Source of the DNA: Scenedesmus sp. PABB004
Taxonomy: Eukaryota
Assembly: GCA_014905635.1 (NCBI GenBank)
Contig: JABVCE010000015.1
Coordinates: forward strand, 186,001-250,000
Length of the DNA stretch: 64,000 nucleotides
Reading direction: 5' to 3'
The translations under genes were made by a program, and so were the position numbers. Shown piece by piece: positions 14,835-27,620 of this stretch; the first letter of the stretch is position 1, and each line of letters opens with the position of its first letter. The notes below the pieces were generated by a model. That model was given only the letters and a program-made list of their open reading frames with translations. It had not been told where the DNA came from and searched no databases.

Positions 14835-15614
14835 ATGGAACCCGCTGTGCTGCGCCTGGCGGCCGACGGCGGCCCCGTCCCGCCGCGCGGCGTGGCGGTG
14901 GCGGAGGCTGTGCTGCGCGCCGCGCTGCGGCTCGCGGGGGCGCTCCTGGAGCTGCGCTGGGTGCAGGTCGCGGGCGCGGTGCTGGTGGTGCTGCCGTGGC
15001 GCCTCGCGGCGGCGTGCGCAGACGCGCTCGCGCGGGGCGGCGTGCCGCCGGCCTTGCTCGTGCTCGGCGCGCTGCTGCTGCTCGCCCTGCACCGCCTCGC
15101 GCGCCGCGTCGGCGAGCTCGCCGACGGGGGCCTCGTGGCGGTTCACCTCCATAGCCGGCTCGCCGTGCTGGAGGCAAAGGTGGACTGGCTGGCGGCCGCC
15201 GCCGCGGGGGCCGGCGGCGGCGCCTGGCGCGCGCGCGGCGCCGCCAGGGCCGGCTGGCCGGCCGGCGCCGGTGCCGACGGCGACGAGGGCGAGTGGCCGG
15301 CCGGCGCCGCGGTCAACGGCGCGCCCGAGTGGTCGGCCGGCGCCGACGAGGACGACGAGGACGACGGCGGCAGCGGCGACGAGGGCGACGGCAGCGACTT
15401 GGACACGGAGCCCCTCGATCCCGGCACCCAGGCGGCGGGCGCGAGCGGCCGCGCGTCGCCCGCGCCCGCGCTGCTGGCAGGAACTGCCAGCGACGGTCGG
15501 CGGCGCCTGCTGCTGGCGTCCGTGGCCGCGGCCCTGGCGCGCGTGCAGCAGCGCGGGCTGGGGCTGGGCGTGGCGCAGGGCGCCGCGGCCGTCGGCGGGG
15601 GCGGCTACCTCTAG
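14835..15614 (+). CDS. Intronless hypothetical membrane protein with an acidic tract
   Basis: MEPAVLRLAADGG... has two hydrophobic segments, a short coiled-coil-like RLAVLEAKVDWL, a DEDDEDDG tract and coding-like codon usage. Stop TAG at 15614. Confidence 0.5.
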   Translation: MEPAVLRLAADGGPVPPRGVAVAEAVLRAALRLAGALLELRWVQVAGAVLVVLPWRLAAACADALARGGVPPALLVLGALLLLALHRLARRVGELADGGLVAVHLHSRLAVLEAKVDWLAAAAAGAGGGAWRARGAARAGWPAGAGADGDEGEWPAGAAVNGAPEWSAGADEDDEDDGGSGDEGDGSDLDTEPLDPGTQAAGASGRASPAPALLAGTASDGRRRLLLASVAAALARVQQRGLGLGVAQGAAAVGGGGYL

Positions 15615-15999
15615 CCAGCACGTCGCGGGGACTGCCTGGCTGGCGAGGATCGCGGCGGCGGCAGCTGGCGCGGCAGGGGCGGGCTCAGGTTGCAAATTGC
15701 TGTGCGACGCGCACGCGTCTGTCCCTAAACCCCTGTGCCAGCCCACGCGCCTCAGCGCGCGGCGCAGAGCGCAGTCACGCGGACGCAGCGAGTGAGCCCA
15801 AGGCCCTTCCCCGCCAGCAGCTGGCACGCCGACAGCACACGTTGGCATAGCGGCACGGCACAATCACGCCGCGACCACAGAGCGCGATACCAGAGCGACC
15901 CCAGGCATCCCCCTTCCCACCCGCCCGCGCCGCCGCCGCGGCGCCGGCGCCGGGCGGCGCGCACGCCACGCAGCCCACGCGGCCAGCGCCCGCGCGCGC

Positions 16000-18526
16000 T
16001 CACAGTGTCACGGGCTCGCCGTCCCACGCGACGCCGAGCTCGCTGAGCTTCACGTGGGCAGCTGAATAGTCGGCAAAGAAGGCGGCCTGGTCAGCCAGGT
16101 AGCGCTCAGCGTACGGCCTGCGCGGGCGCGAGGGTGGGCGGGCGGCCGGGCGCGCGGGCGGGTGCGAGGGTGGGCGGGGGCGAGCGGACGGGCGGGCGCG
16201 TCGCTGACGCCGCCGGCACGTCTCGCGCCACGCCCGGCGCGTGGCGTTTGACGGTCACGCGCGCGCCGCGCGGGCGCCGCCGCGCGCGCGTGCAGCGGCC
16301 GGGGCGGTCGCCGCGCCTGAAGCCCTCGTCCTCAAACACCGCGGCGTCGGTCGGCAGGACGAGCAGGTCGGCGTCCTTCTTCTCCTTGACCTCCCTGGCG
16401 GCGGGGGCGGCGAGGGCCGGGTGAGTTCAGTCAATGAATGCAGTGAAAAGGGTTGTGGGCCGTTGACACAGGCTTAATTGGTGCGGCCCGCAGGACAGCT
16501 GCCAGCCGCGCGGCGCGCGGCGCGCCCGCGGCGAGCGCCAGCCCAGCAACAGCCCAGCAGCAGCCCAGTAACAGCCCGTGGGTAGCCGCACCTGAAGTAG
16601 GAGTTGTCAAAGACCAGCCAGTTGACGGTCCAGCTCTGCCCGCCGGGCTTGCCGGGGCCGTCCTTGGTGTACTTGGTCTCGGCGACGCCTGGCGCGTGCG
16701 CGGGCGGCCGGTTCAGCGGCGCGGGGCGCAGGGTTCAGGGCTCGCCGCGCCCCACGCGACGATGCCCCGCCACGCCACGCCGCCCCGCGCGCCGCCGCCG
16801 CCCCGCGCGCCCCGCCGCACGCCGCACCAAAGCCGGAGCGCTCGGGGCGGGCGCGGCCGAGCGTGTGCGCGCCCGAGAGCGCGACGACGTCCTGGTCAGA
16901 GAGGCCCATGCGCCCAAACACGCGGCGCAGGTGGTCGCCCGGCTTGGCCGAGCCGTCGGGGAAGGGGTGCGCCGCCGCTGCACCGCAGCGGGAGGGCGCG
17001 CGTCGGGGAGGGCGCGGCGCGCAGCGCACGCGCGCGGGCCGCGCAGCCAGGGGCGGGCAGGGGCGGCCGGCGGCCGCGGCGGCGGCGGCGGCGGCGGCGG
17101 CGCGCGGCGCGCACCGGGCAGGTTGCCCTCGGGCGCGCAGTCCTTGGGGTCGGTCACGTCACGCCGGCCGTAGCGCATCGGCATCACCGGGCCGCCCGCG
17201 AGCTGTGCGCCGCGGCGGCGGGGGCCGGCGTTGCGCGGCGCGGCTCGGCGCGCGGCACGCGGCGGGGCGCGCTGCTGCGCCCCCGTCGTCCCCTCGTCTC
17301 CCAGCACACATGCTGCGCCCCGCGCCCGGCCCGCACCTCGACCGCGGTGGCGGAGGCCATCTGGTACAGGTCGGCGTAGCTCACCTGCACACCAGCACGA
17401 GCGGGCGCGTCATGACGGCGCCGCGCGAGCGCCGCCGCCGCGCCAGCGCCGCCGCGCGGCGCGACGGCGGACGCGCGGTCGGCAGCGCAACGCAGCGCCG
17501 GCGGCAGCGGCAGCAGCAGCAGGAGGGGCAGGAGGCGGCGCGGCGCGGCGCTCACGGTCGGGTGCTTGGCCTTGATTGGTTCGATCATCTTGATGGCCAC
17601 GTCCAGGGCTGCGCCGCGTGTGTGCGTGTGTGTGCGTGTGTGTGCGCCCGCCCGCGCGTGGTGTGTGCGCGCGTGCGCGTGCGCTGCTTCGGCGCCGCCG
17701 GGCCCGAGCTTCCTCCCGTCCCGGCCGCGCCGCGCGTTCGGCACGCCGTGCGGCGCACCCGCGTTGGCGCCGTGCCCCAGCTCAGGCATGAATCGAATGC
17801 TCCCAGTCGCGCCGGCGGTCTTGGGCCACGCGCCCGCGTTCTGCGCGTTTGCGCGCGCGCGCGCGCCGGCGGCGGCAAACCCCGCAGTCGGCGGCGCGCG
17901 CGGCCGGGCGCCCGCGCGCTGAGCCACACCGCACGCGCTGTGCGTGCAGCGCGCGCCGCGCGTTGACAGACCTTGTCGTAGGTCCCGGCGTCGTGCCAGC
18001 CGAGCCGGATGAAGAACGGGTTGCTGTGCGTGGTCTGACCGCGGCGGCAGAGCAGCGGCGGAGCAGCGGCAGAGCAGCGGAGCAGTCACACGGCGAGAGG
18101 CAGAGCGGCGGCGTCGGCGACGCCGCGTTCGGCTGCGCATCGCCCGGCCGGCAGGGCGCGGCGTGTGGCGAGGCGTGGCGGCGCTCCACCCCTGCCCCTG
18201 CCCCTGCCCCTGCTGCCGGCGTGGCGCCGCACCTTGATCAGCTCGGCGATGTCGGCCTTGGCCGCCCTGGGCGCGGCGCGCGGAAGCAGCGAGCGCGAGT
18301 GCCGCGTCGGCGGCCGGCGCGCGCGCGCGCGCGCGGCGCCGCAGCCGCCGCAGCCGCGGCGTGAGTTCGCGAGGGTTGGAGCCATCCTTGGTGGCGCTCA
18401 CCGGAGCTCGTCGGCGGTCGCGGCGGCGGCAACGACCACGACGCGCGGCCGGCCCGTCGCCATCCTGCGCCCGGCGCACACGCGGGCCACGGGCGCGCGG
18501 GCGTGGTGGATCGTGCACGAGTGCAT
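16000..18526 (-). CDS. APX1: Plastid-type ascorbate peroxidase, multi-exon
   Basis: [105 protein letters not shown] and AHVKLSELG, after a transit-like N-terminus. Confidence 0.95.
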
Positions 18527-18797
18527 CACGAGAGCAGCTGGGCCCAGCCGGGAGGCGGCCGCGGCGGCGGTGGCGGGCGGAGGGGCAGCAGCAGATCGTC
18601 GGCCGCTGCAGTTCCGGCGGAGGAGGCGCGGCTCTTCAAGAGCGCAGCGCGGTGCACTCGCAAGCAGACGCGCCGGTGCGTGGCATCCCGGGCGGTCGCT
18701 GAGACCCAGCGGCGCGACGAGCAGCGGTGTGACGACAAACGCCGCCGCGCCGCGCGCTGCCGCCACTCCCCCAGCCAGCCGCCGGCGCCGCCGCCAA

Positions 18798-20067
18798 ATG
18801 CGCGCCAGCCCGCTCCTGCTCGCCGGCGGCGCCGCAGCCGCGGCGGCGCTCGGCTACATGGCCTGGCGCGCGCTCAGCAGCTCGCCGCGCCCGCTGCCGC
18901 TGGCGGAACGGCGCGAGCGGCTGGCGGCGATCGAGCAGAGTTTCGAGCAAAAGTTCCCTCAGGCGCGGCGGCGGCGCCCGCACGGCCGCGCTGCGCTCCG
19001 CGGCCGTGCGGCGCCGCCGCGACGTGCGGTCGCACCCCGCGCCGCGCGCAGGTGCGGCACATGGGCGTCGCGGAGGCGTGCGCGGCGCTCGCGGCGACGC
19101 CCGGCGACTATGTGCTGGTCGACACGCGGAACGACGACGAGCGCCGGGTGCGCGCTGCTGCCGCGCGCTGAGCGCTGCGCGCCCCCGCGGCGGCGCCCGC
19201 CCGCCAGGCGCCCGCCCGCTCGCCGGCGCGGCCGGGGCCGCGCGAGCCTGCGGGCCGCCGCCGCCGCCGCCGCCGCGGCGCAGGTCTCGGTGCTGCCCGG
19301 CCCGGCGGCGGTCGTGAGCCAGGCGGAGTACGAGGCCAACCGCGAGGCGCTCGCCGGCAAGACCGCGTTGTGCTACTGGTGAGAGGCCAGGCCAGGGCGC
19401 GCGTGCCGGGGGGCGCGCGGCGCTGCCGACCGCGCCGGCCGCGCCGACCGCGCCGACCGGTCGGCACGGTCGCCGCAGCACGCTCGGCCTGCGGAGCAGC
19501 ATGCTGGCGGATGACTTGCGCGCGCGGGGCGTGGCGGCGGCCAACCTCAAGGGCGGTGAGCGACCGAGCTCGGTTGCGGTGGCCGGGCCACGCCGTGCTC
19601 GCCTCACGGCCGCGGCCTCGCTCACGCCCGCCCACCACCCGCCGCCGCGCGCAGGCATCCTCGCCTGGGTGCGCTGCGGCGGGGCTCCCGCGCCGCGCCG
19701 CGCTACCGCGCCGCGCCGTGCCGCGCGCCGCTCAGCGCGCGCGCGCCGCCCGACCGCGCCGCCGCCGCCGCTGTCGCGGCCGGGGCGAGCAGACGCAGGC
19801 GGGGCTTCCGCTCGTCGACGGCGCCGACCCCAGCGCGCGCAGCACGTGCGTGCACACCTACTCGGCCAGGTTTGCCCTGCAGGGCGACGGCTACCAGCCC
19901 GTGTGGTTCCGCAGCGAGGTGTTGACGTAAGAGCGCTTCTCGCGCGCGCGCGCGGGCTGAGAGCGCCGCGGCCCGCGTGCCGGCGGCTGACCCGCGCGGC
20001 CGCGGCCCGCCGCCGCAGGGTGGTGCGGGACCAGCTGGCGGCGCTGCGCAAGCGCCTGCTGGGGTGA
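18798..20067 (+). CDS. Rhodanese-like domain protein with an N-terminal membrane anchor
   Basis: YVLVDTRNDDERRVSVLPG, a spliced active-site loop CYCTLGLRS, and NLKGGILAW..AGLPLV. Confidence 0.85.
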
Positions 20068-20325
20068 CCCTGGACCGGGGTGTGGGAGCTCTCTGCTGCT
20101 GGTCCAACCCACATTCCATCGCCCAGCCGCGGCAGTCATGCAGCGATGACGGCACGCCGTCATCCGCCGCCCGCCGCGCGCGGCTGCGCCGTTCCTGGTG
20201 TGCTCTCAGCGCCCGTCGCCGCTGCGCCCGACGCTGCTCGCACGGCCGCCCGGGCGCTGGGGGCCGGCAACAGAGGCCTCCTTTAGGGAGGGCCGCGGGC
20301 AGCCCCGCCGAGCGCTCGCACCACC

Positions 20326-22772
20326 ATGAGCGGCCATGCAGCAGGCGACGGCGGATCTGTCCTAGCGCCTCCCCCGCAGCCGGCGCCGGCAGAGGCGGAA
20401 CTAAGCAGCGCGGCCGGGGGCGCCATCTGCGCTGCGACCGCGCCTCCCTCCGCCGGCCCTCCGCCGACTGACCAGCCGGTCGGCCCCGGCGGCGCGTGGG
20501 GGCAGCCCAAGGCCTGCGGGTGTGCGGGCGGGGGCGCTTTGCCTCGCGCGCCGCCGCTCGGCCGGCGCCGACGGCGGCCGCTGGCGCGAGCCGCGCACCG
20601 CTGCCCGCCGCGCCTTTGCGGGCACTGGCGGGCGTGGCGTGCCGCTGCCGCTGCCGGCTGGGCGTGGCGCGCGGCGCCCGCCGGCGCAGCCGACGCGACT
20701 AAGCGCGCGCGCTGTTGACGCCCGCCGCTGCTGCTGACGCCCGCGCCGCAGGGCCGCGCCGGGCGACCCCGCGGCGCTGCAGCAGTCGCAGCAGCTGGAG
20801 TTGCCGCAGCAGCTAGAGGCGCAGCAGCTGGTGCCGCAACAGGTGGAGCAGGCCGCGGAGCAGGAGCAGGAGGAGAAGCCGCGGCCGGCGCAGGCAGCGC
20901 CGGCGCAGCTGCCAGCCCCGTCGGAGCAGCCACCGCCCGCGCCGGAGCAGCCGCCGCCCGCGCCGGATCAGCCGCCGCCCGCGCCGGAGCAGCTGCCAGC
21001 CCCGTCGGAGCAGGCGCCGCCTGCGCCGGAGCAGGCGCCGCCCGCGCCGGAGCCGCCGGAGCCGCCGGGGCCGCCGGAGCAGGCGCAGCAGTGGCAGGAC
21101 GCGGCGCAGCTGCCGCCGGACCAGGGCTTGGCGCATGCGCTCGAGGCGCAGCAGCCCGGCCACCTGCACAGCGACGTCGAGGCGGCGGCGGGGCTGCTGC
21201 AGCTGCTCGCCGCGTCGGCCGACGCCGGCGGCGCCTCCCCCACCGCCGGCGGCGCCGCGCCCGCCCCGGCGGCGCCGCCGCGCCGGCGGCCGCCGCCGGC
21301 TTTTACGTCCACCCGCTGCTGCGCCAGCTGGCCTTCCCGCTCGGCGACGAGCGCGGCGGGCGCGCGGCGGCGAGTGGGAGCAGCGCGCGCGTCAAGGAGA
21401 AGAACCGGCTCGCGCAGCAGCGGTTCAGGGCAAAGCAGAAAAACCTGGTCGCGACGATGAAGCAGCGCCTCGCCGAGCTTGAGGACCTGGTGCGGCTGGT
21501 TGGGGTGCTCTCAGACGCGCGCGGGGGCGGGGCGGGGAGACCCTGGGGCCGGCATGCTGCGGCGCTCGCAGCCGTGCGCACCGGCCGACCGCCGCCGCCC
21601 GCGCGCCGCCGCCGCCACCGCAGGCCGCGCGCCAGGAGCAGGAGGCGGACTCGGTCGCGGAGGAGAACGTGCTGCTGCGGCGCGTCATGGCCGACCAGCA
21701 GGAGATGCTGCGCGCCGCGCTCGCGCGCGGCCTGGCGGCCGCCGACGCGGCCGACGCGGCCGCCGCGGCCGGCGCGGCGGGCAGCGAGGGCAGCGAGGGC
21801 GCGGTGCGGCGCGCGCTGCAGCGGCAGCAGCTGCGCAACCTGCAGGCCGCAGTCGCCGGCCTGGAGGCGCGGGCGGCGGAGGCGGCGGCGTGCACGGTCG
21901 CGTGGCCGCCGCCGGACCGCGGCGCCGGCGCGGACGGGGAGCAGCCGGCGGCGGCGAGCGCGCCCGCCGCGGCGCAGCCGGCGCCGACGGCGGGGGGCGT
22001 GGGCGCGGGCGCGCCTCACCAGGCAGCCGCCCCGGCGGGCGCGCGCGCCGGCGGGCGCAAGCGCCGCGCCAACCCGTACGCGGCGGCGTCGCTGCCGCCC
22101 GGCGGCAGCGGCGCCGCGCCGCCGTCCGGGGCGAGCAGCGGGCCCCCGCCCGCCCTGGCCGGCTCGGCCAGCGCCAGCGCGAGCGCGCCCGGCGGCGGCG
22201 ACGCGGGGGGCGCCTCGCTGCAGGGCGGCGATCTGGTCGCGCTCAGCGTCGAGGCGTTCCTGTCCCAGACGGCCGCGCCGCCGCCCGCCGCGGCGGAGCC
22301 CGCGCCCAAGCGGCAGCGCGCCACACCGGCGCCGCCGGCGGCCCCGCCGGCGCCGGCGGCCCCGCCGCCGGCGGCCGCCGCGCAGGCCGGCCCCGGCGCG
22401 GCGGCGGCGGCGCTCGCGCTGCCCGAGGAGGCGACCGCCGCGGCGGCGGCGGTGCTGCGCAGCCAGCCGGGGCTGTATCAGGTCATGGTCAGCCTCCTGC
22501 ACCAGGCCGCGGCGCAGTCGGGCATGGACACCGCCGCCGCGCCCGGCGCCGCGCCGGCGGCACCCGCGGCGCCCGCGGCGCCGGCGGCGCCGGCGGCGGG
22601 CGCGGACGCGCGCGACGCGCAGGCGGCGCCCGCGCCCGCGCCCGCCGAGCCGCCCGCGCCGGCGGCGCAGTACGACGTGGGCGCCGCGCTGCTGCAGCTC
22701 ATGGACTGGTGCCAGAGCATGGGCGTCACCGGCGCCGGCAGCGTCACCGGCGGCGGCGCGGCCGGGAGCTGA
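20326..22772 (+). CDS. bZIP-type transcription factor; low-complexity flanks and an apparent frameshift near 21270
   Basis: Basic region RVKEKNRLAQQRFRAKQKNLVATMKQRLAELEDL, followed by an exon containing ENVLLRRVMADQQEML. An upstream (P)EQPPPA repeat tract. The start is uncertain. Confidence 0.7.
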
Positions 22773-22886
22773 GCGTGACGGGCGCGTGCCGTGCAGCGTG
22801 AACCCCACCAGTGACTGACTCTTTCGTCCTGTGCAGCTGTGCGCGAACACGCCGGTGGTGGTGGTAACCCGACAACTGACCGGTCC

Positions 22887-23470
22887 ATGCGCTCGTCGGG
22901 CGCTCGCTCCCGCGCCGCCGGCAGCATGTACGCACGCCTCGGGGGCGACGCAGCAGCGGCGGCGCCGCTGCCGCCGGCGCGGCTCGCGGGGCTGTACGCG
23001 CTGTCGCTGCTGGTGTTTGTGCTGTTGGATGGCGCGTGGATCTCGGCAGCCACCGCCGCGGGCGTGTATGCGCCGCTCGCGCCGCTGCTGCGGCCGGCGC
23101 CCGACCTCGCAGCTGCGGCGCTGAGCTGGTGCTGCATCGTCGGCGCCAACCTCGCCTTTGTGCTCCCCCGCACCGCCGGCCGGGCCGTGAGTGGCGCGGT
23201 GGCCCAGGTGCGCTTGGCGGCGCCGTGCGGCGCGGCGCCGCTGCGCTGCCGCGCTGCCAGCGCGCGCGCCCTCCGCCGCACGAGCAGGGCGCGCTGCTGG
23301 GCGTGCTGCTGTACGGCACCGTCGACCTCACGAACACCGCGCTGTTGACCGGCTGGAGCTGGCGCGTGTCGGCGGTCGACATCGCGTGGGGCACGTGCGC
23401 GTGCGCCGCGCTCGCCGTCGTGCAGCAGCGGCTCGCCGCGTGGCTGGGCGGCGGCGGCGGCAGGGACTGA
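22887..23470 (+). CDS. DUF2177-family small membrane protein, one intron
   Basis: LLVFVLLDGAWI, LAFVLP and GALLGVLLYGTVDLTNTALLTGWSWRVSAVDIAWGT. Confidence 0.8.
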
Positions 23471-23581
23471 GCGCGCCCGGGACACGGCGCCGCCTGGCCG
23501 TTGCAATGCAACTGCGCCCCACGCAAAAGCCTCGCGCCGCCCTTCGGAGCCTCGCCGTGAGGTCTGGTTACGACCAGCTGG

Positions 23582-25114
23582 TCAGCTGACGCGGCACGGC
23601 CGCTCGTCGTCACCGTCTTCGCCCTCCTCGAGCGACGTGCCGCTGCCGTCGCTGGCGCCGTCGCTGCCGCCGTCGTCGCCGCGCGCGCCGCCACGGCGCC
23701 AGGCCAGCATGCGTGCGATCTGCGCCCCCACCTCCTCATCGTCGCCGCCGTCCTCGCCCTCCTCCGCCTCGCCAGCACCACCAGCCGCCGCGACCGCGGC
23801 CGCGCCCGCGCCCGCACCGCCGGCCCGCGGCGGCGCCGCCGCGCCCCCGCCCGGCGCCGGGCCGGCCGCGGCGGCGGCCGCCAGGCGCGCGCTGTGCGCC
23901 GCGCGCGCCCTGCATGGCGGGCGGCCGGGCGGCGGCCGCTCGGCGGGGGCGCGCCGCGCGGCGCGATCCCCCCGCGCGGCGCGGCGCCCGCAGCGCGCCG
24001 CACCGCCGCCGCTGCGCCGCGAGCAGCTGCAGCAGCCACTGCTCCGGCTCGCCCGTCACCGCCTCGCGCTCCTCGCGGTTGGCCGCCATGGCCGCGGCCG
24101 CCGCCGCCGCGTCGGGCGCGCGCGGCTGCGCGGTCGGCGCCCAGACCTTGATGGTGCTCTCGATGCCTGCGGGGCGCGGCGCCGCGGGCGCCCCCGCCGG
24201 CTCAGCCGCCCAGGCCGCGAGAGCGGCGGCGCCGCGCGCGCCGGCCCCTGCCGCGCTGCGCCGCGCGCGCACGCGAGCGCCCCGTCGCGCCGCGCCGCGC
24301 CGCGCCCCGCGCCGCGGCGCGCACCCGACGTCGCGAGCGTGAGCGGCAGGCGCGGGTGCGGCTCCAGCACGTTGACGACCTCGCTGTCCCCCGCCGCCCA
24401 CCTGCGCCACGCGGGCGGGTCGGTGCATGCGCGGGTCCGCGCGGCGTCAGGCAGCAGGCGGCAGGCGGCAGGCCGCGGCGCGCGGCGCGGCGCGGCGCGG
24501 CGCGCGGCGCAGCGCGCGCACCACGCGAGCCGGCCCGCCGCGGGGCCGGCTTTGACCCAGCAGTACACGTGGCCGCAGTCGCTGCCGCTGATCACGTACT
24601 CATCACTTTCGCCAAAGAAGCTCACGCCTGGCCAAGGGGAGGGATCCAGGGGGTCGGCGGTTGACGTTTTTTGTTTGGGGGTGAAGCGCAAGCGGCGGCG
24701 CCGGCCGCGCTGGCGACGCGCGGCGCGGCCCGAGGCCGCGGGCGCGCGGCGCGGCGCGGGCGCGGGCGCACCCTTGACGGTCGCCGCGTTGCGGTGGCCG
24801 TGGAAGCTCGCGACGACGCCGTCGCGCGCCGCGCTCGCCGCGTCGTACAGCCGGCCGGCCGGCAGGCAGCCCGCCCACGGGTCCCAGCCGGCGCCGGGGC
24901 GGGCGGGCTCCGGGCCGGCGTCCGCCAGGCCCTCCCGGCGGCCGCCGCCGCGCGCGGGGCTGCCGTCGCGCGCGCCGCCCGCGACGGGAGGCGGCGCGCG
25001 CGCCGCCGCGTCGCCGTCGGGCGGCTCCACCTCGGCCGGGAGCAGGCGCTGCCGCCGGCGCCAGCGCGGCCGCTCCTCATCGTCATCATCCGCCTGCGCC
25101 TGCTGCTGCTGCTG

Positions 25115-25160
<46 letters not shown>

Positions 25161-25958
25161 TGCTGCTCCTGCTCGTGCCCCTGCCCCTGCTCCTGATCCT
25201 GCGCCTGCTCCTGCGCCTGCTCCTGCTGCTGCTGCCGGCCTCCCCCGGTCTCGACAGCTGCCGCCGCACCCCCCGCCTCCGCTGCCGCCCCGCCGCGCCG
25301 CGAGGGGCTGCCCCCGCCGCCACCGCCGGCGCCGCCGGCGCGGCCGCGCCGCCGCTGCTCGCCGCCCGCGTCCTGCCGTGCGCCGCCGCCGCCGCCGCCG
25401 CCGCCGCCCAGCGCGCCGCAGCTGGCCTGGGGACTGAACAGGTAGATGTCCTGCAGGCGGCGCCGGTGGGAGCCCAGGGGGCGCGCATGAGAGCCAACAA
25501 AAGGGCCGCTGCAACGGCCGGGCGCGCATTGCAAACAACACTTGGGAGCCAAGCCGCCCGCCCGCGTGCCCACCTCGTCGTTGTACGACGCGAGCAGCTC
25601 CCCCTGCTGGCTGTGCGCGACGCAGGTGATGCTGTGCTCGCGCGCGCCGCCAAACCCGCGCCCGCCGCCGCCGCCGCGCAGCATGCGCGCCGGGCAGAGC
25701 CGCGCGGCGGGCGCGTCGGCGGCGGCGGCGCCGCCGCCGCCGCCGCGCGGCGCGCGGGCGTCGTAGACGCGCGCGTGGGGGTCGTCGCCACCGACCGCGT
25801 ACAGCCACGGGCGCTGGGGTTGACCGAGATGGCGTTGAGGCCGACCACCTGCCGCGGCGCGGCGGCGCAGCAGCCGTGGCGCGCGCGTCACAGCAAGGCG
25901 GCGGCCGCCGCCGCGCCGCGACGCGCGGCGGCGCGGCGGAGGCGGCGGCGGCGGCGGC

Positions 25959-26007
<49 letters not shown>

Positions 26008-26806
26008 GCACCCGGCTCGTCGCGCCCCGCGCTGCGCTGTAGCCGTGGCAGACGAGCAGGCGCCGCCGCCCGGCGGCGCCGGCGCAGCGCAGGTCGTAAT
26101 GCAGAACCTTCGAGGAGCGCAGGCGGGCGGGCGGGCAAGCTTCGGGCGCGGGCGGCGGGAGGGAGGCCGCGCCTCCGCGTGCCGCGGCCGGCGCCGCGGC
26201 GCGCCCGCGCGGCGCGGCGCTGCACCTGCCCGTCCTCGCCCGTGCTGTAGAAGCAGTGGGCAGATCCGCCGAGCGGGTCCAAGGCCAGCTTGTGCGCGCG
26301 GCCGGCGTGCGCGCCGAGCAGCGCCGTCGTGACGGCGCCGCCCGACGCGCCCTCGCGCAGCTCGCCCAGCCGCACCTGGCCGTCCGCGGCGCAGCTCACG
26401 ACGCGGCTGCCGCCGCTGTGCGGGAGCATGCGTGCCTGGAAGACGTTGGCGCGGTGCCCCGAGCGATAGCGCAGCCGCGCCTCGCCTGCCGGGGCGCGGC
26501 CGCGGCGCGCGCTCAGCGGCAGCAGCCGCGCCGGCGGCGGCGCGGCGCGGCGCGGCGCGGCGCTGCCGCGCGCCCACCCGCATCCCAGGCCCAGAACATG
26601 ATGGCGAGGTCATCGGAGCCGCTGATGAGCGTGCTGCCGTCCTCGGTGTCAAAGCTGCACGTGTTGACGCAGCCGGCGTGCCCGGACAGCACGCGCTGGA
26701 GCTCCAGGCGCTGCAGCCAGGCGGCGCTGCCGCTCAGCGCGCGCCGCACGCGCCGCTCCAAGCAGCCCGTGGCCTCGCGCGCTCGCAGGAGGTCGAATAC
26801 GCTCAT
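23582..26806 (-). CDS. DDB1- and CUL4-associated factor 8-like WD40 protein, multi-exon
   Basis: LSGHAGCVNT, LISGSDDL, GHRANVFQARMLP, VVSCAADGQVR, HAGRAHKLA, ELLASYNDE-DIYLF, FHGHRNAATVK-GVSFFG...YVISGSDCG, VVNVLEPHP and LATS-GIESTIKVWAP. Confidence 0.9.
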
Positions 26807-26892
26807 CCCTCTGCGTCTCCAGCTGCTGCCGCCGCCGGCATCAGCGACGCACGCACGCACGCAGGCCGCTGCCGCTGCTGAAGCCGCCCGCC

Positions 26893-27312
26893 GCACCTAG
26901 CCGCGCGGGTCCGACACCGCCTGCGGTGCAGGGGTGAACGCGGCACGGCGGAGTAGGGGCGGTGAGCGGCGGGCCCGGCCGCACGGGAGGCGAGCGACGC
27001 GCCGGCCGGCCGAGCAGCAGCGGCGAGCAGCGGCGCCCGTGCACTCGCCCGCCGGCCGCCGCCGCCGCGCTGGCGCGGCCTGAGGATCGGCTGAACCGAG
27101 AGCCGGGCTGGGCGAGGCGCGTGGGCACCGTGGGTGCGTGGCCAGGGCGCCCGGGAGAGCGCTGCTGCGCTTGTGCGGACGGCGCGGGCGTCGCCGGGCT
27201 GGCCGTGCGCAGCAGTGTGAGGAGGAACCGGGCAAAGGCCTGCCAATCGGCACCGTGCTGGCGGCAGGCGGCGGGGCGGGCGGGGCGGGAACCGCCCGCG
27301 CCCTGAACCGCC
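26893..27312. repeat. Dispersed upstream element, copy C (diverged, internally deleted)
   Basis: Colinear blocks shared with 35345-35930 and with 1343-1706 plus 2930-3165. It lacks the central segment of about 150 bp. Confidence 0.65.
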
Positions 27313-27620
27313 ACGGCCTGGCTGACGCATGCGCGCCGGCCGGCGGCGCCGCTCGTGGGGGCCGGCAACCAGCGTTACCGCGCTGTCGGCGCACACACGC
27401 CAGAGCCACAGCGACGGAGCACCTGCGCCTGCGTGCACCGCCTGCCTAACCTACGAGCCCAAGGCCCCCGCGCCCGCGCGCGGCGCCCGCCTGGCGGGCG
27501 CCCGCGCGGGCGCTAGTCATACACGGCCGCCCCCCGCCCCCGCGCCGCGCCGCCGGCGCCGCTGCTCCTGCAGCCGCCACGGCGGCGCCGCGCCCCCCTG
27601 CGCTGCGCGCGCGCGCGCGC

